Origin: Zancudomyces culisetae HAW-14-8 | Taxonomy: Eukaryota > Fungi > Kickxellomycota | Direction of reading: 5' to 3' | Length of the DNA: 64,000 nucleotides | NCBI GenBank assembly: GCA_052426225.1 | Contig: JBNJNM010000009.1 | Span: 930,001 to 994,000, forward strand | Shown here: piece by piece, positions 12,028-22,369 of the stretch | Numbering within the stretch: the first letter of the stretch is position 1 | How the letters are laid out: each line of letters starts with the position of its first letter | Notes under the pieces: model-generated | Told to the model about the DNA's origin: nothing | Databases searched by the model: none | The model's input: only the letters and a program-made list of their open reading frames with translations | Position numbers and translations under genes: made by a program

Positions 12028-12403
12028 TGTCAAGATCTGGAGTCAGGAGAGTTATATTTATTATTATTAAAGTTTATTGTATGAATGTATACAAGATACT
12101 AGATACTGAATCCAAGACAGGAAAATTGTACCCTTTTTATACTTTTTTCCAGCCTTGGTTTTTGAACAAAATCACTATGAAAACTGCGGAATAGCTAAAA
12201 ATGCAAGTTAAAGTAAAACGTGTTTGATTACTAATCAAATTGGATTAGTAATCAAACAAAAATCAAACTCGAATGCTAATAAAATTAAACATGTGTAAAT
12301 TATTACGTAAGAAAAATTAAGAAATAATGTGAAAGAACGGTAATGTTCTAGAATGTTATGGAACATTCTAAACATTACTGCGGAATAGAATCAGTTCATG
12401 ACA
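12028..12403 (-). repeat. Chromovirus 5' LTR
   Basis: Upstream of gag on the minus strand; TATAAAA at 12141-12135. Confidence 0.95.
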
Positions 12404-15400
12404 GAGGAGCTAGAGTACGAGTTGGAGGAGGTGTTGGAAAAAGCAAAAATTACAGAGGAGAGCCAGAAAACTAACTGGTTACTCAGCACGCTGACAGCTG
12501 AAAACAGAGTAAGAGTTAGGGATTCAGGTATGGAAAGTTGGTCAAACATTGTGGAGTTACTGAGCAAAGACGAGCAACAGCATGCTGGACAGAAAAAAAC
12601 GGTTTTGGTAGAAAAAGATATCATACAGAAGCAGACAAAACCGCGCATTCAGCTACCTCATTCAGGCAGACCAATAAGTGACATGACGCAGGAGAACTTA
12701 GGATATGAGGTGATGCTGAAGAAAATGGAGGAGTGGAGTGTTAATCTGTTGACAAAAGTGGATGAGATGGTAGAGAACAGATTACGAGAGAGTCGCCGTC
12801 CACGAATTCAGAACTTTACCAGAGGACCAATCAAGTGTTTCACGTGTGGGCAAGAAGGGCATAAGTCACCAGAATGCCCAAACAGAGACAAAAGGAAAGA
12901 CAGTAGTGTCAACTACATGGAGATAAAAACGCCAGAGATAGAAGACACGGAGTTATTTGCAGTGAACCGAGGCAGCAAAGGTAGAGATAGTTCAAAGCCG
13001 TATGCGTACAATGGTACCATTAGTGGCAGGAAGCCGATGCAAGTTAAACCTGTACCAGTTGTGCATGGACAGGAAGTAGAGGATATGAAAGTGGAGCCGG
13101 CGGGCGTGAATGTTACAACAGGAAACCAGTTTAGTACTGAAAAGGTGGCTATAAGCACAGAGGGGTCAAAGCAAAGGAACAAACTCATACCAAAGATAAC
13201 AGAGGGTGTGGAGCCATTTAATTTAACTGCGGATCTTATGAACTACTACCCGCATATCAGCTTACCCCAGCTTATACAAGCCGCACCACACTTATCACAA
13301 GATATGGGACAGATGGTTAAGAAAGTACGCAAGACTGAGCTTAATGAATTACAGGTAAAATCAGAAAGAACCACAAGTTGCAAGGTTGAGGTGAGAGTCT
13401 TCAGTCAAAAGATCTGGGCAATTGTTGACACTGGAGCTGCATGCTCCGTGGCCACCCCCAGGTTGGCTTATAGATGGGGACTAGTAGCCGAAAGCACTGA
13501 TGGGCAGGTCATAGTAACGGCTGACGGAAAGCGGCATGCTCCGTTGGGCACGATTAAGGAGGTGCCAATACAGATAGGAAATTATACATTTGCCGCTACA
13601 CTCACGATCATGGACAGAAAAGAGGACATCTTGATTCTAGGCACAGATTGGTTGTACAGGAATAGAGCAACTATAGATTTGTTGAAGAGTCAATTGAGCT
13701 TACCCATAGGCAACCGCATGCTGATATCACCGCTTTATATAAGGTCAGTTACAGATGAGGATGAGTGGGAGGAAGCAGAGGTTTACTTAGTAATGGCACC
13801 AAACCAATTGAAACTAGAGGAGGAGCAATGTCAGGATCCAAGGATACAGGAGTTGGTTGCTGATAACGAGGATTTATTCATCAAGGACATTAGCCAGTTG
13901 ACACAAACTGATGTAACCCAGCATAGAATAGAACTAACGTCAGAAAGGCCAATAAAGCAGCGGCCTTACAGGATTCCGTTTCACCTGTATGAGAAAGTAA
14001 GAGAAGAACTGCGTGTCATGGAAAACAACGGAGTGATATCACCATGTACTTCTGAATGGTGCTCTCCTGTTGTGACCGTATGGAAGAAGGATGGTCGGTT
14101 GCGCATCTGTGCCGACTACAGGAAGCTTAATCAAATCACGCGAAAAGACTCCTACCCATTACCTACCATAGAGGATATATTCATGGCTTTGGCGGGCGCT
14201 ACGGTATTCAGTTCCTTTGATGCGCTCAGTGGGTTTTGGCAGATACCCATGGCATCAGAGGACCGTAGCAAGACTGCATTTGCTATTCCTGGGAGTGGCA
14301 CATACTGTTATAACGTGATGCCATTCGGGCTCACCAACAGTCCTGCTTCCTTCCAGCGAATGATGGAGCAGGCTCTAGCCCCAGTGCTGTGGAAGACCAC
14401 GGTTGTCTTCATTGACGACATTGTGGTGTATTCAAGAACTATTGATCAGCATATAGTCGATGTAAGGGAGGTTCTCGAATTGCTAAGAAAACACAAGATT
14501 CAGTTGCACGCAGATAAGTGTAGGCTAGGTATGCGCAGCATAACTTATTTAGGACACACAGTCTCTGGAGAAGGAATCGAAACTAGTACAGATAAAATTA
14601 AGGCAATACAAACTGCAAGCATTCCCAATAATGTAAAGGAGTTACAGTCCTTTCTTGGACTCACGGGCTATTACCGCAAGTTTGTAGAAAACTATGCGAG
14701 GGTTGTGTCACCATTATTGAAGCTATTGAAGAAAAACACCCATTGGAACTGGGGTGAGGAACAACAAAAGGCAGTCGAAGATCTAAAATTGCAACTGAGT
14801 ATGGCTCCGGTATTAGCTCATCCGGACTGGATGAAGGAGTTTGTGGTGACAACAGATGCGTCGGTGGTTGGGATAGGCGCCATTCTCTCACAAACTTTTG
14901 ATGATGGTGAGAAACCCATTTGTTACCTAAGCAGAATACTAAATCCGCATGAACGCAATTACTCAGTAGCACACTTGGAAGGCCTAGCCGTGGTGTGGGC
15001 TGTCAAGAAGCTGAGACAGTATTTATGGGGAAAACATTTTGTAATTAGGACTGATCATAAATCACTCCTACAGTTGTTTAATGGTAAGGATATCACAGGA
15101 CGAGTCGCCAGGTGGGCGATGATACTAAGGACATATGAGTATACTATCGAGCACTGCCCTGGCAAGAAGAACCCGGCCGATGCCCTATCCAGATTACCTG
15201 GAGGAAACGAAATAGATAAGCCTGAACTATTGGATATAATGTCATTGGATTTCTTATACTATTCTGCTATAACTAACTATTTAAACACGCATGAGTATCC
15301 TCGAGGTGCCGATGATAATTTTAGGATGAAGTTAAGAAACAAGGCAAAGAAGTACGTGATCAGGAATGATAAGCTAAGTCGTATAATCAAAGGTCAAGTG

Positions 15401-16552
15401 AAGGAGGTACTTCATGAAAAGAATATAGAAGAAACTATACAAAAGATTCATGAAGAAGCACATCTAGGAATCGAAAACACATGGATAAAGGCTAAGGAGA
15501 AATTTACAGGCGAAGGATTATATGAAACAGTGAAGAAAGTAGTCAATGAATGCGAAACGTGCCAACGGTTCCGGGGAGGAAGGACTAGGAGAAACAACTT
15601 GAATCCAATATTTGCTCAAAAACCGTTTGGAATATTCGGCCTAGATGCTATCGGACCAATCAATCCGATTAGTGAGTCAGGCAACCGATTTATACTAACT
15701 GGAATAGACTATTTCACCAAGTGGCCGGTGGCGGCCGCTGTACCAAATATTAAAACAGAGACCATAATAAGTTTTATATTAACACATATAGTGCAAGTTT
15801 TTGGCGTTCCAAACCAGATTATCACGGATCGGGGATCTGGATTCGTTAGCGATCTAGCAGAGCAGGTGTACAAATACTTAGGGATTAGGCATACACCCAC
15901 AACTCCATATCGTCCACAGTCCAATGGGCAAGTGGAGAGACTGAACCAAACGCTTAAAAACGCTTTGGTGAGACAATGCAGGGCCGATAAAGAACAGTGG
16001 GACAAGTATATTTGAAAGGCCCTATTGGCCATCCGAACTATGAGGAATAAGTCGACCAAATTCAGTCCATCAGAATTACTCTACGGAATGCAGATCGTTA
16101 CACCTAGTGTGTGGGCACCCCCACCTGACGCAGACGATTTAGACCTCGCTATTCAGGAGCGAATTAGAGCCATAACTACTGATTTACCAGAGATGCGAAC
16201 AGCGAGTGCTACTAACAATATAGCGGCTAAGGAAAAGGATAAGGAGGTTTATAATAAGACGGTAAAAGTATCAGCGTTCAAGACAGGAGATCTGGTATTG
16301 AAACGGGTAGAACAGACCGTTAGTAAGCTAGAAGAAGTCTGGGAGGGCCCCTACAAAGTTGAGAATGTATTATCCAAAGGCGCTTATATTATTTCAGATA
16401 ATGTTGGTAATCGGGACTTAATCAATGGGGACTTACTAAAGGCATATCAGCACAGTCGATACATGATCCCAGAGGTGTCAGGTCCACTGAAAACTAAGTT
16501 GTATCGTTTCAAGACTAATTCAGGAATAAGTCCAATCTGGTAGGGGGGTAAC

Positions 16553-16952
16553 TGTCATATAATTAATGATAGTTCATACCTTCTAGCTTTGATTGGCAGT
16601 TTATTTATCATATTTAGTTTATCATATTTATTTTATCATATTTATTTCATTGGAGATTGGACTTTTCTCCCTATGGAGGGTTTTATCCAATTTCTATCCT
16701 TGATAACAGGTTAGTCGTTATCAGGAAAAGTTTTATAATTAGTTTTAGAGATAACAAAAGATATATATAATATATACACAGTTTTGAAGAAGAAAAAAAA
16801 ACAAAAATAAGATATACAAAAATTACGACTGTACTAACTTCAGAAAACGAACTATTAGCAAGGGTGTAGGATAAAAACTATACAAGTGCGATAGAGTTCG
16901 GAGTTGAGTACAAAGCCCCTAAAAAGGCAAACATATTTAAAATAATATTACA
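16553..16952 (+). repeat. E2 3' LTR
   Basis: Copy of 5958-6357. Confidence 0.95.
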
Positions 16953-16957
16953 AAACA

Positions 16958-17375
16958 TGTTGCATAATTAATTATATATTATTAAAAATACGAATTGACA
17001 AAGTCAATTCTGATAAATTACTATATTAAAATTAGTGGAAAAATTGGACTCTTTTTTCCCTAACAATTTGGGTTTTTTTAATGAGCCAAGAAATTACAAA
17101 ACAAAAATTGATAACACAAAAAAATTGAGATAACAAAATAGATGGAAAAAAAATAGTTTATATATAAATTTTATTTATAGTTTGGAAGAATAACTTTTAG
17201 GATAACAACTTTTTAGCAATAAAAAATAAAGAATAATAACCAAAATAATAACAAGTCTTAATAGTTAGTTAGAGTTTCGAACAAAACAAGTAGATAATTA
17301 ACTTTTCTATTAAATTTTAAACCAACTAAATACGAATAACTACGACTACTAGCAGAAAAGGGTCGAAAGTTAACA
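16958..17375 (+). repeat. E3 5' LTR
   Basis: TGTTGCATA...GTTAACA. Confidence 0.95.
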
Positions 17376-17445
17376 GTGGTGATCCAGCCAGGACTTGGAG
17401 TCCGTTTTATAGCTAAAATATTAAATAAACACCTTTAAATCAAAC

Positions 17446-20400
17446 ATGACACTAGTTGAAAAGTTTAACTCAGAAATTGACAACCCAGAAGATTGGATTG
17501 ATTCGTACAGTTTGAGTGCCAGACTCAGAAATTGGTCTGACGAAGATCTAATAAAATATTTACCTGCACATCTAGGTAACCGTGAAAAGATTTGGTATAT
17601 TAGGCAAAAGAGTACATTCACCGATTGGAATTCTGTCGATTCTTCATTCAATAAAAAGTTCATAAATAAAATCAAAGCTCATCAGTCAATCGAGACACTA
17701 AAAAGCATTTGTCAGTCAGGTTACAATTCTGTTGACGAATTTGAGTATGCTTTAGAAATAGCTCTACAAAAATCTGGTATAACAGATGACAAACATAAGG
17801 TCAATTGGTTAATCAGTGCATTGAGTCCAAAATATAAAGCAAGAGTCCTAGAATCAAATTATCAAGAGTGGGATACTATCATAAATGCCATAAATCTGGA
17901 TATAGATACCCCTAGTTACAATTCTACAGACATCGCAGAGACAAATTCATCTACATCAAAATCTTACAGACTAACCGGACCTGGCAAACCAATAAAAGAA
18001 ATGACTGATCAAAAGATTGGTTATGATGAGATGATATCCAAGATGGAAGAATGGAGTATAAACTTACTTTCAAAAGTCGAAGAGGTTGTTGAAAAGAAAA
18101 TTGACATTGCTATAAGTAAAAGTATGCAACAGCGTTATCAAAGGCCACCGTACTGTTCTATCTGTAGAACAACAGGACACTATAAGAGTCAGTGTACAAA
18201 GATTGGAACTACCAAAACAGATGAGGTACAAAGTAAAAAAGAAATCAGCACTATTGAGTTACTACCAGTCGATGACACGGATATTGACACTGATGACACG
18301 CCAGATAATGATGTTTACTTAGTGCAAAGGCAAAAAGCTAAATCAAATATCAGTAAGCCATATATAAGTGATAATAAACCAGTTAGAAAGATGAAACCTG
18401 TTATTATAAAACCTGAGGCAACTATAACAGATAATGTTGTGGACATGGATATGGAAGTTACACCTGAAGTCACTATAGTGAATAAAAAACAGAAAACCAT
18501 CCAGCGCATTATCGAAAACGTCGAGCCATTCAATCTACAATCTGAATTTAACCAGTTTTATCCAAAGATTAGTCTACCTCAGTTAATAGCCGTTTCTCCT
18601 ACCATAGCAACAGAGTTTAATAGTCTTTCTAAAAAAATAAAAAAACAAGAAGTAAATGAAATCAGGATATTACCACAAAAAATCAGCAACTGCCGGGTCA
18701 TGGTCACGGTATTCAACAAAAACTATTGGGCTGTTGTTGACTCTGGAGCCGCTTGTTCTGTAACTACACCAAGCATGGTTGAGCAGTGGGGCATAGAACC
18801 AGAGGGTTGGCACAGACAAGTGTTGGTAACAGCTGATGGAACAAAACATCTCACTGAAGGTGTTATGAACAAAGTACCTATAACTATAGGAAATCACTTA
18901 CTAGAAGCAGAGCTCATAGTTATGAATCGCAAAGGAAGTACTTTAATTCTCGGCACAGATTGGTTGTATAGGCACCACGGGATTATAGATCCAAGAAGCA
19001 GAGAACTAAAGATACACACACATTCAGAAATATTAGTTATACCAATGAAAATACTTGCAGAAGATACGACTTACTGGCCACAAGAAACTGAGCTATATTT
19101 TATGGTGAAGAGTGAAAATGGTGTTGAAAGTGATAACAAGCAAATCGAGAATGAAAGGTTTATCAAACTACGAGAGCAATATGCTGATATCTTTGTTGAA
19201 GACATAGGGGAGCTTACCCAAACTAATCTCACAGAGCATAGTATTGAACTAACAGATCATACACCGATCAAGCAGCGCCCATACAGAATTCCCTATCATA
19301 TGCAAGAAAAGGTTAGAAATGAGTTAATTGAAATGGAGAATAAAGGAATAATTTCACCGTGTTATTCAGAGTGGTGTTCGCCAGTCGTAACAGTTTATAA
19401 AAAGAATGGCAGGTTAAGGATATGTGCAGATTATAGGAAGCTGAACCAGGTAACCAAAAAGGATTGTTATCCGTTACCTACTATAGATGATATATTTATG
19501 TCGCTTGCCGGAAGCAAAATATTTACCAGCTTAGACGCGCTATCTGGGTTTTGGCAAATAAGAATGGCAGCCAAAGACAGATTAAAAACCGCGTTTGCAA
19601 TCCCTGGAGGCGGTAGCTACTGCTACAATGTCATGCCGTTTGGGCTGACAAACAGCCCGGCCTCTTTTCAACGACTTATGGAGAAAGCCCTTTCGCCAGT
19701 ACTTTGGAAGATCGCAGTCGTTTTTATTGACGACATTATTATTTACTCTCAGTCAGTTGAGCAGCATGTGGAGGATTTAAAAAAGGTATTTGAGCTACTT
19801 AGACAACATAAAATTCAACTGCATAGTGATAAGTGTTTATTAGGAATGAATAAATTGTGTTACTTGGGACATACCGTGTCTTCTGAGGGAATTGGTACTA
19901 CAAATGATAAAATAAAAGCAATTACAGAAGCAAAGGTACCTAATAACGTCAAGGAACTACAATCTTTTCTCGGTCTAGTCGGGTATTATCGCAAATTCGT
20001 GGACCGTTATGCATTGATTTCCGCGCCTTTAGTCAAACTACTTAGGAAAGAAAACACTTGGAAATGGTCTATTGAACAAGAAAATGCAGTTAATTTATTA
20101 AAACAAAGCCTTTGTACCGCACCCACATTAGCTCATCCAAATTGGGATTCAGAGTTTATACTTACCACTGACGCTTCAATTGAAGGCGTTGGTGCTATAC
20201 TTTCACAATCTTCGGAACTTGGCGAGAGACCTATTTGTTTTGCTAGTAAAACCACAAACAAGCATGAGAGAAATTACTCTATTACCCATCTCGAGGGTTT
20301 AGCTGTAATTTGGGGCGTAAAAAAATTCAAACATTACCTGTGGGGACGCCATTTCACTATACGTACGGACCATAAAGCTTTACTGAATTTGTTCAATGGA

Positions 20401-21864
20401 AAAGATATAGCCGGAAGAGTAGCCAGGTGGGCTATGATTCTTCGAAATTATGACTATACAATTGTCCATTGCAAAGGAAAGTCAAACCCCGCTGATGCCC
20501 TATCAAGATTAGAACCTACTACATCGGTTGAGGAAGTTATAGATGTATTTTCTGTAACAAAAATATCTAACGAAACTATTTTAGAATATTTACTAAATAA
20601 TAGGTACCCAGAGCAAAGCGACGAAGTGTCAAAGAAAAAGATTAATTATTTATCTAAAAAATTCAAGCTTATCAACAACAAATTATTCAAATTATGTAAG
20701 GAAGTTTGGAAGGAAGTTTTATTAAGAAATAACATAACTGAAAAGGTTAAAGAGATTCATGACGAGTCTCATCAAGGAATCGAGAATACGTGGAGGAGAA
20801 TCGCAGAGAAGTATACAGGAAACGATTTATTTAAAACTGTTAAAAAAGTAGTAAAAGAATGTCTAGTATGTCAGAGATATATTGGAAATCGCAATAGGAA
20901 CAACGAGCTTCAGCCGATATACGTCCACAAACCTTTTGGCATCTTTGGACTAGATGCAGTTGGCCCTATTAGTCCAGTATCTGCTCAAGGAAACCGTTAC
21001 ATTCTCACGGGCATTGACTATTTTACGCGCTGGCCTGTAGCTGAGGCCGTAGAAAATATAAAATCGGATACTATAATTAACTTTATAATAACTCACATAG
21101 TTCAGTACTACGGTACCCCCGATCAAATAATCACTGATAGAGGCTCGGGTTTTATCAGCGAAGCAGCAGACACAGTTTATAAGTACCTCGGAATTAAACA
21201 TACACCATCCACACCGTATCGCCCGCAGTCAAATGGTCAGGTCGAGCGCCTGAACCAAACCCTAAAAAATACGTTAGCAAGACAATGCAAAGCAGACAAA
21301 AACAATTGGGACTCTTACTTATGGAAGTCGCTACTGGTTATCAGGACAATGAGAAACAGAAGCACAGGCATGAGCCCGGCCGAACTACTATACGGAGTAA
21401 AGTTAAGTACGCCTGCGTTATGGTCTCCGCCGGCCGAAATCAGCGATTTAGATCTCGCCATCCAGGAAAGAATTGCAGCCATAAACACCAGTATACCCGA
21501 ACTACGAAGCATAGGCTATCAAAAAAGTGTCAAAGCAAAGCAAAATATGAAGTTAATATATGACCGAAGAGTAAGATTAGTAAATTTCAAAGTTGACGAA
21601 ATGGTCTTAAAACTGATTGAACACGTTACCGACAAGTTTCAGGAGGTATGGGAAGGTCCATACCGAGTGTTGAAAAAACTAAATTTAGGTGCTTACCTGA
21701 TCGCAGATTCGGATGGAAATCGTGACATTGTGAATGGCGATTCACTGAAAAGTTTTTTCCATAGTAATCGAATGGTTCCTGAAGTTACTACACAGCTTAG
21801 ATCGAAGTTGCAGCGTTTTAAAAACCCTGTACGTCCAATTTGGGATGGGGGTTCTGTTGCATAA
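17446..21864 (+). CDS. E3 single-ORF Gag-Pol polyprotein (1472 aa)
   Basis: Uninterrupted ORF with CSICRTTGHYKSQC, VDSGA, FIDD, TDAS, HHCC, DDE core and WEGPY. The stop codon lies inside the 3' LTR. Confidence 0.96.
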   Translation: MTLVEKFNSEIDNPEDWIDSYSLSARLRNWSDEDLIKYLPAHLGNREKIWYIRQKSTFTDWNSVDSSFNKKFINKIKAHQSIETLKSICQSGYNSVDEFEYALEIALQKSGITDDKHKVNWLISALSPKYKARVLESNYQEWDTIINAINLDIDTPSYNSTDIAETNSSTSKSYRLTGPGKPIKEMTDQKIGYDEMISKMEEWSINLLSKVEEVVEKKIDIAISKSMQQRYQRPPYCSICRTTGHYKSQCTKIGTTKTDEVQSKKEISTIELLPVDDTDIDTDDTPDNDVYLVQRQKAKSNISKPYISDNKPVRKMKPVIIKPEATITDNVVDMDMEVTPEVTIVNKKQKTIQRIIENVEPFNLQSEFNQFYPKISLPQLIAVSPTIATEFNSLSKKIKKQEVNEIRILPQKISNCRVMVTVFNKNYWAVVDSGAACSVTTPSMVEQWGIEPEGWHRQVLVTADGTKHLTEGVMNKVPITIGNHLLEAELIVMNRKGSTLILGTDWLYRHHGIIDPRSRELKIHTHSEILVIPMKILAEDTTYWPQETELYFMVKSENGVESDNKQIENERFIKLREQYADIFVEDIGELTQTNLTEHSIELTDHTPIKQRPYRIPYHMQEKVRNELIEMENKGIISPCYSEWCSPVVTVYKKNGRLRICADYRKLNQVTKKDCYPLPTIDDIFMSLAGSKIFTSLDALSGFWQIRMAAKDRLKTAFAIPGGGSYCYNVMPFGLTNSPASFQRLMEKALSPVLWKIAVVFIDDIIIYSQSVEQHVEDLKKVFELLRQHKIQLHSDKCLLGMNKLCYLGHTVSSEGIGTTNDKIKAITEAKVPNNVKELQSFLGLVGYYRKFVDRYALISAPLVKLLRKENTWKWSIEQENAVNLLKQSLCTAPTLAHPNWDSEFILTTDASIEGVGAILSQSSELGERPICFASKTTNKHERNYSITHLEGLAVIWGVKKFKHYLWGRHFTIRTDHKALLNLFNGKDIAGRVARWAMILRNYDYTIVHCKGKSNPADALSRLEPTTSVEEVIDVFSVTKISNETILEYLLNNRYPEQSDEVSKKKINYLSKKFKLINNKLFKLCKEVWKEVLLRNNITEKVKEIHDESHQGIENTWRRIAEKYTGNDLFKTVKKVVKECLVCQRYIGNRNRNNELQPIYVHKPFGIFGLDAVGPISPVSAQGNRYILTGIDYFTRWPVAEAVENIKSDTIINFIITHIVQYYGTPDQIITDRGSGFISEAADTVYKYLGIKHTPSTPYRPQSNGQVERLNQTLKNTLARQCKADKNNWDSYLWKSLLVIRTMRNRSTGMSPAELLYGVKLSTPALWSPPAEISDLDLAIQERIAAINTSIPELRSIGYQKSVKAKQNMKLIYDRRVRLVNFKVDEMVLKLIEHVTDKFQEVWEGPYRVLKKLNLGAYLIADSDGNRDIVNGDSLKSFFHSNRMVPEVTTQLRSKLQRFKNPVRPIWDGGSVA

Positions 21865-22273
21865 TTAATTATATATTATAAAAAATACGAATTGACAAAG
21901 TCAATTCTGATAAATTACTATATTAAAATTAGTGGAAAAATTGGACTCTTTTTTCCCTAACAATTTGGGTTTTTTTAATGAGCCAAGAAATTACAAAACA
22001 AAAATTGATAACACAAAAAAATTGAGATAACAAAATAGATGGAAAAAAAATAGTTTATATATAAATTTTATTTATAGTTTGGAAGAATAACTTTTAGGAT
22101 AACAACTTTTTAGCAATAAAAAATAAAGAATAATAACCAAAATAATAAGCAAGTCTTAATAGTTAGTTAGAGTTTCGAACAAAACAAGTAGATAATTAAC
22201 TTTTCTATTAAATTTTAAACCAACTAAATACGAATAACTACGACTACTAGCAGAAAAGAGTCGAAAGTTAACA
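21855..22273 (+). repeat. E3 3' LTR
   Basis: Copy of 16958-17375. Confidence 0.95.
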
Positions 22274-22281
22274 AACACAAC

Positions 22282-22353
22282 GGCTTGATGGTCTAGTGGT
22301 ATGATTCTCGCATTGGGTGCGAGAGGCCCCGGGTTCAATCCCCGGTCAAGCCC
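22282..22353 (+). tRNA. tRNA-Pro(TGG), intronless
   Basis: Acceptor GGCTTGA/TCAAGCC, anticodon arm CTCGC-ATTGGGT-GCGAG, A box TGGTCTAGTGG, B box GGTTCAATCC. Confidence 0.97.
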
Positions 22354-22358
22354 TTTTT
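22354..22358 (+). terminator. Pol III oligo-T terminator
   Basis: TTTTT directly after the tRNA. Confidence 0.8.
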
Positions 22359-22369
22359 ACCAAATATTT

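Larger units (their letters stand above)
6763..12403 (-). mobile_element. Chromovirus (Tf1/sushi-like Ty3/gypsy) nested in E2 gag
   Basis: 376-bp LTRs at 6763-7138 and 12028-12403. 5-bp TSD GAGGA at 6758-6762 and 12404-12408. PPT GAGGGGAGG on the minus strand next to 7138. C-terminal chromodomain. Confidence 0.96.
6467..16543 (+). pseudogene. E2 gag-pol, split by an insertion and with a TGG>TGA nonsense codon at 16013-16015
   Basis: Removing 6763-12408 rejoins ...DFESIE-ELEYELEE... in frame. CCHC, VDTGA, FIDD, RNase H and integrase are present. KYI*KALL aligns with YIWKLLL and YLWKSLL of E1/E3. Confidence 0.92.
5958..16952 (+). mobile_element. Ty3/gypsy LTR retrotransposon E2, interrupted by a nested chromovirus
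   Basis: 400-bp LTRs at 5958-6357 and 16553-16952 (no difference seen). PBS at 6360-6377, PPT AGGGGGG, TSD AAAC at 5954-5957 and 16953-16956. Confidence 0.95.
16958..22273 (+). mobile_element. Ty3/gypsy LTR retrotransposon E3, apparently intact
   Basis: LTRs at 16958-17375 and 21855-22273 (one substitution and one 1-bp indel seen). PBS TGGTGATCCAGCCAGGA at 17377-17393. TSD AACA at 16954-16957 and 22274-22277. Confidence 0.96.

Noticed and set aside
16013-16015. In-frame TGA as selenocysteine or an alternative genetic code
   Set aside because: It aligns with a conserved Trp (TGG>TGA), other Trp codons are TGG, TGA serves as a normal stop in host genes, and no SECIS was seen
204-22281. CRISPR-like array
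   Set aside because: The analogy is only conceptual: the repeats are 4-bp TSDs, with no CRISPR repeats or cas genes
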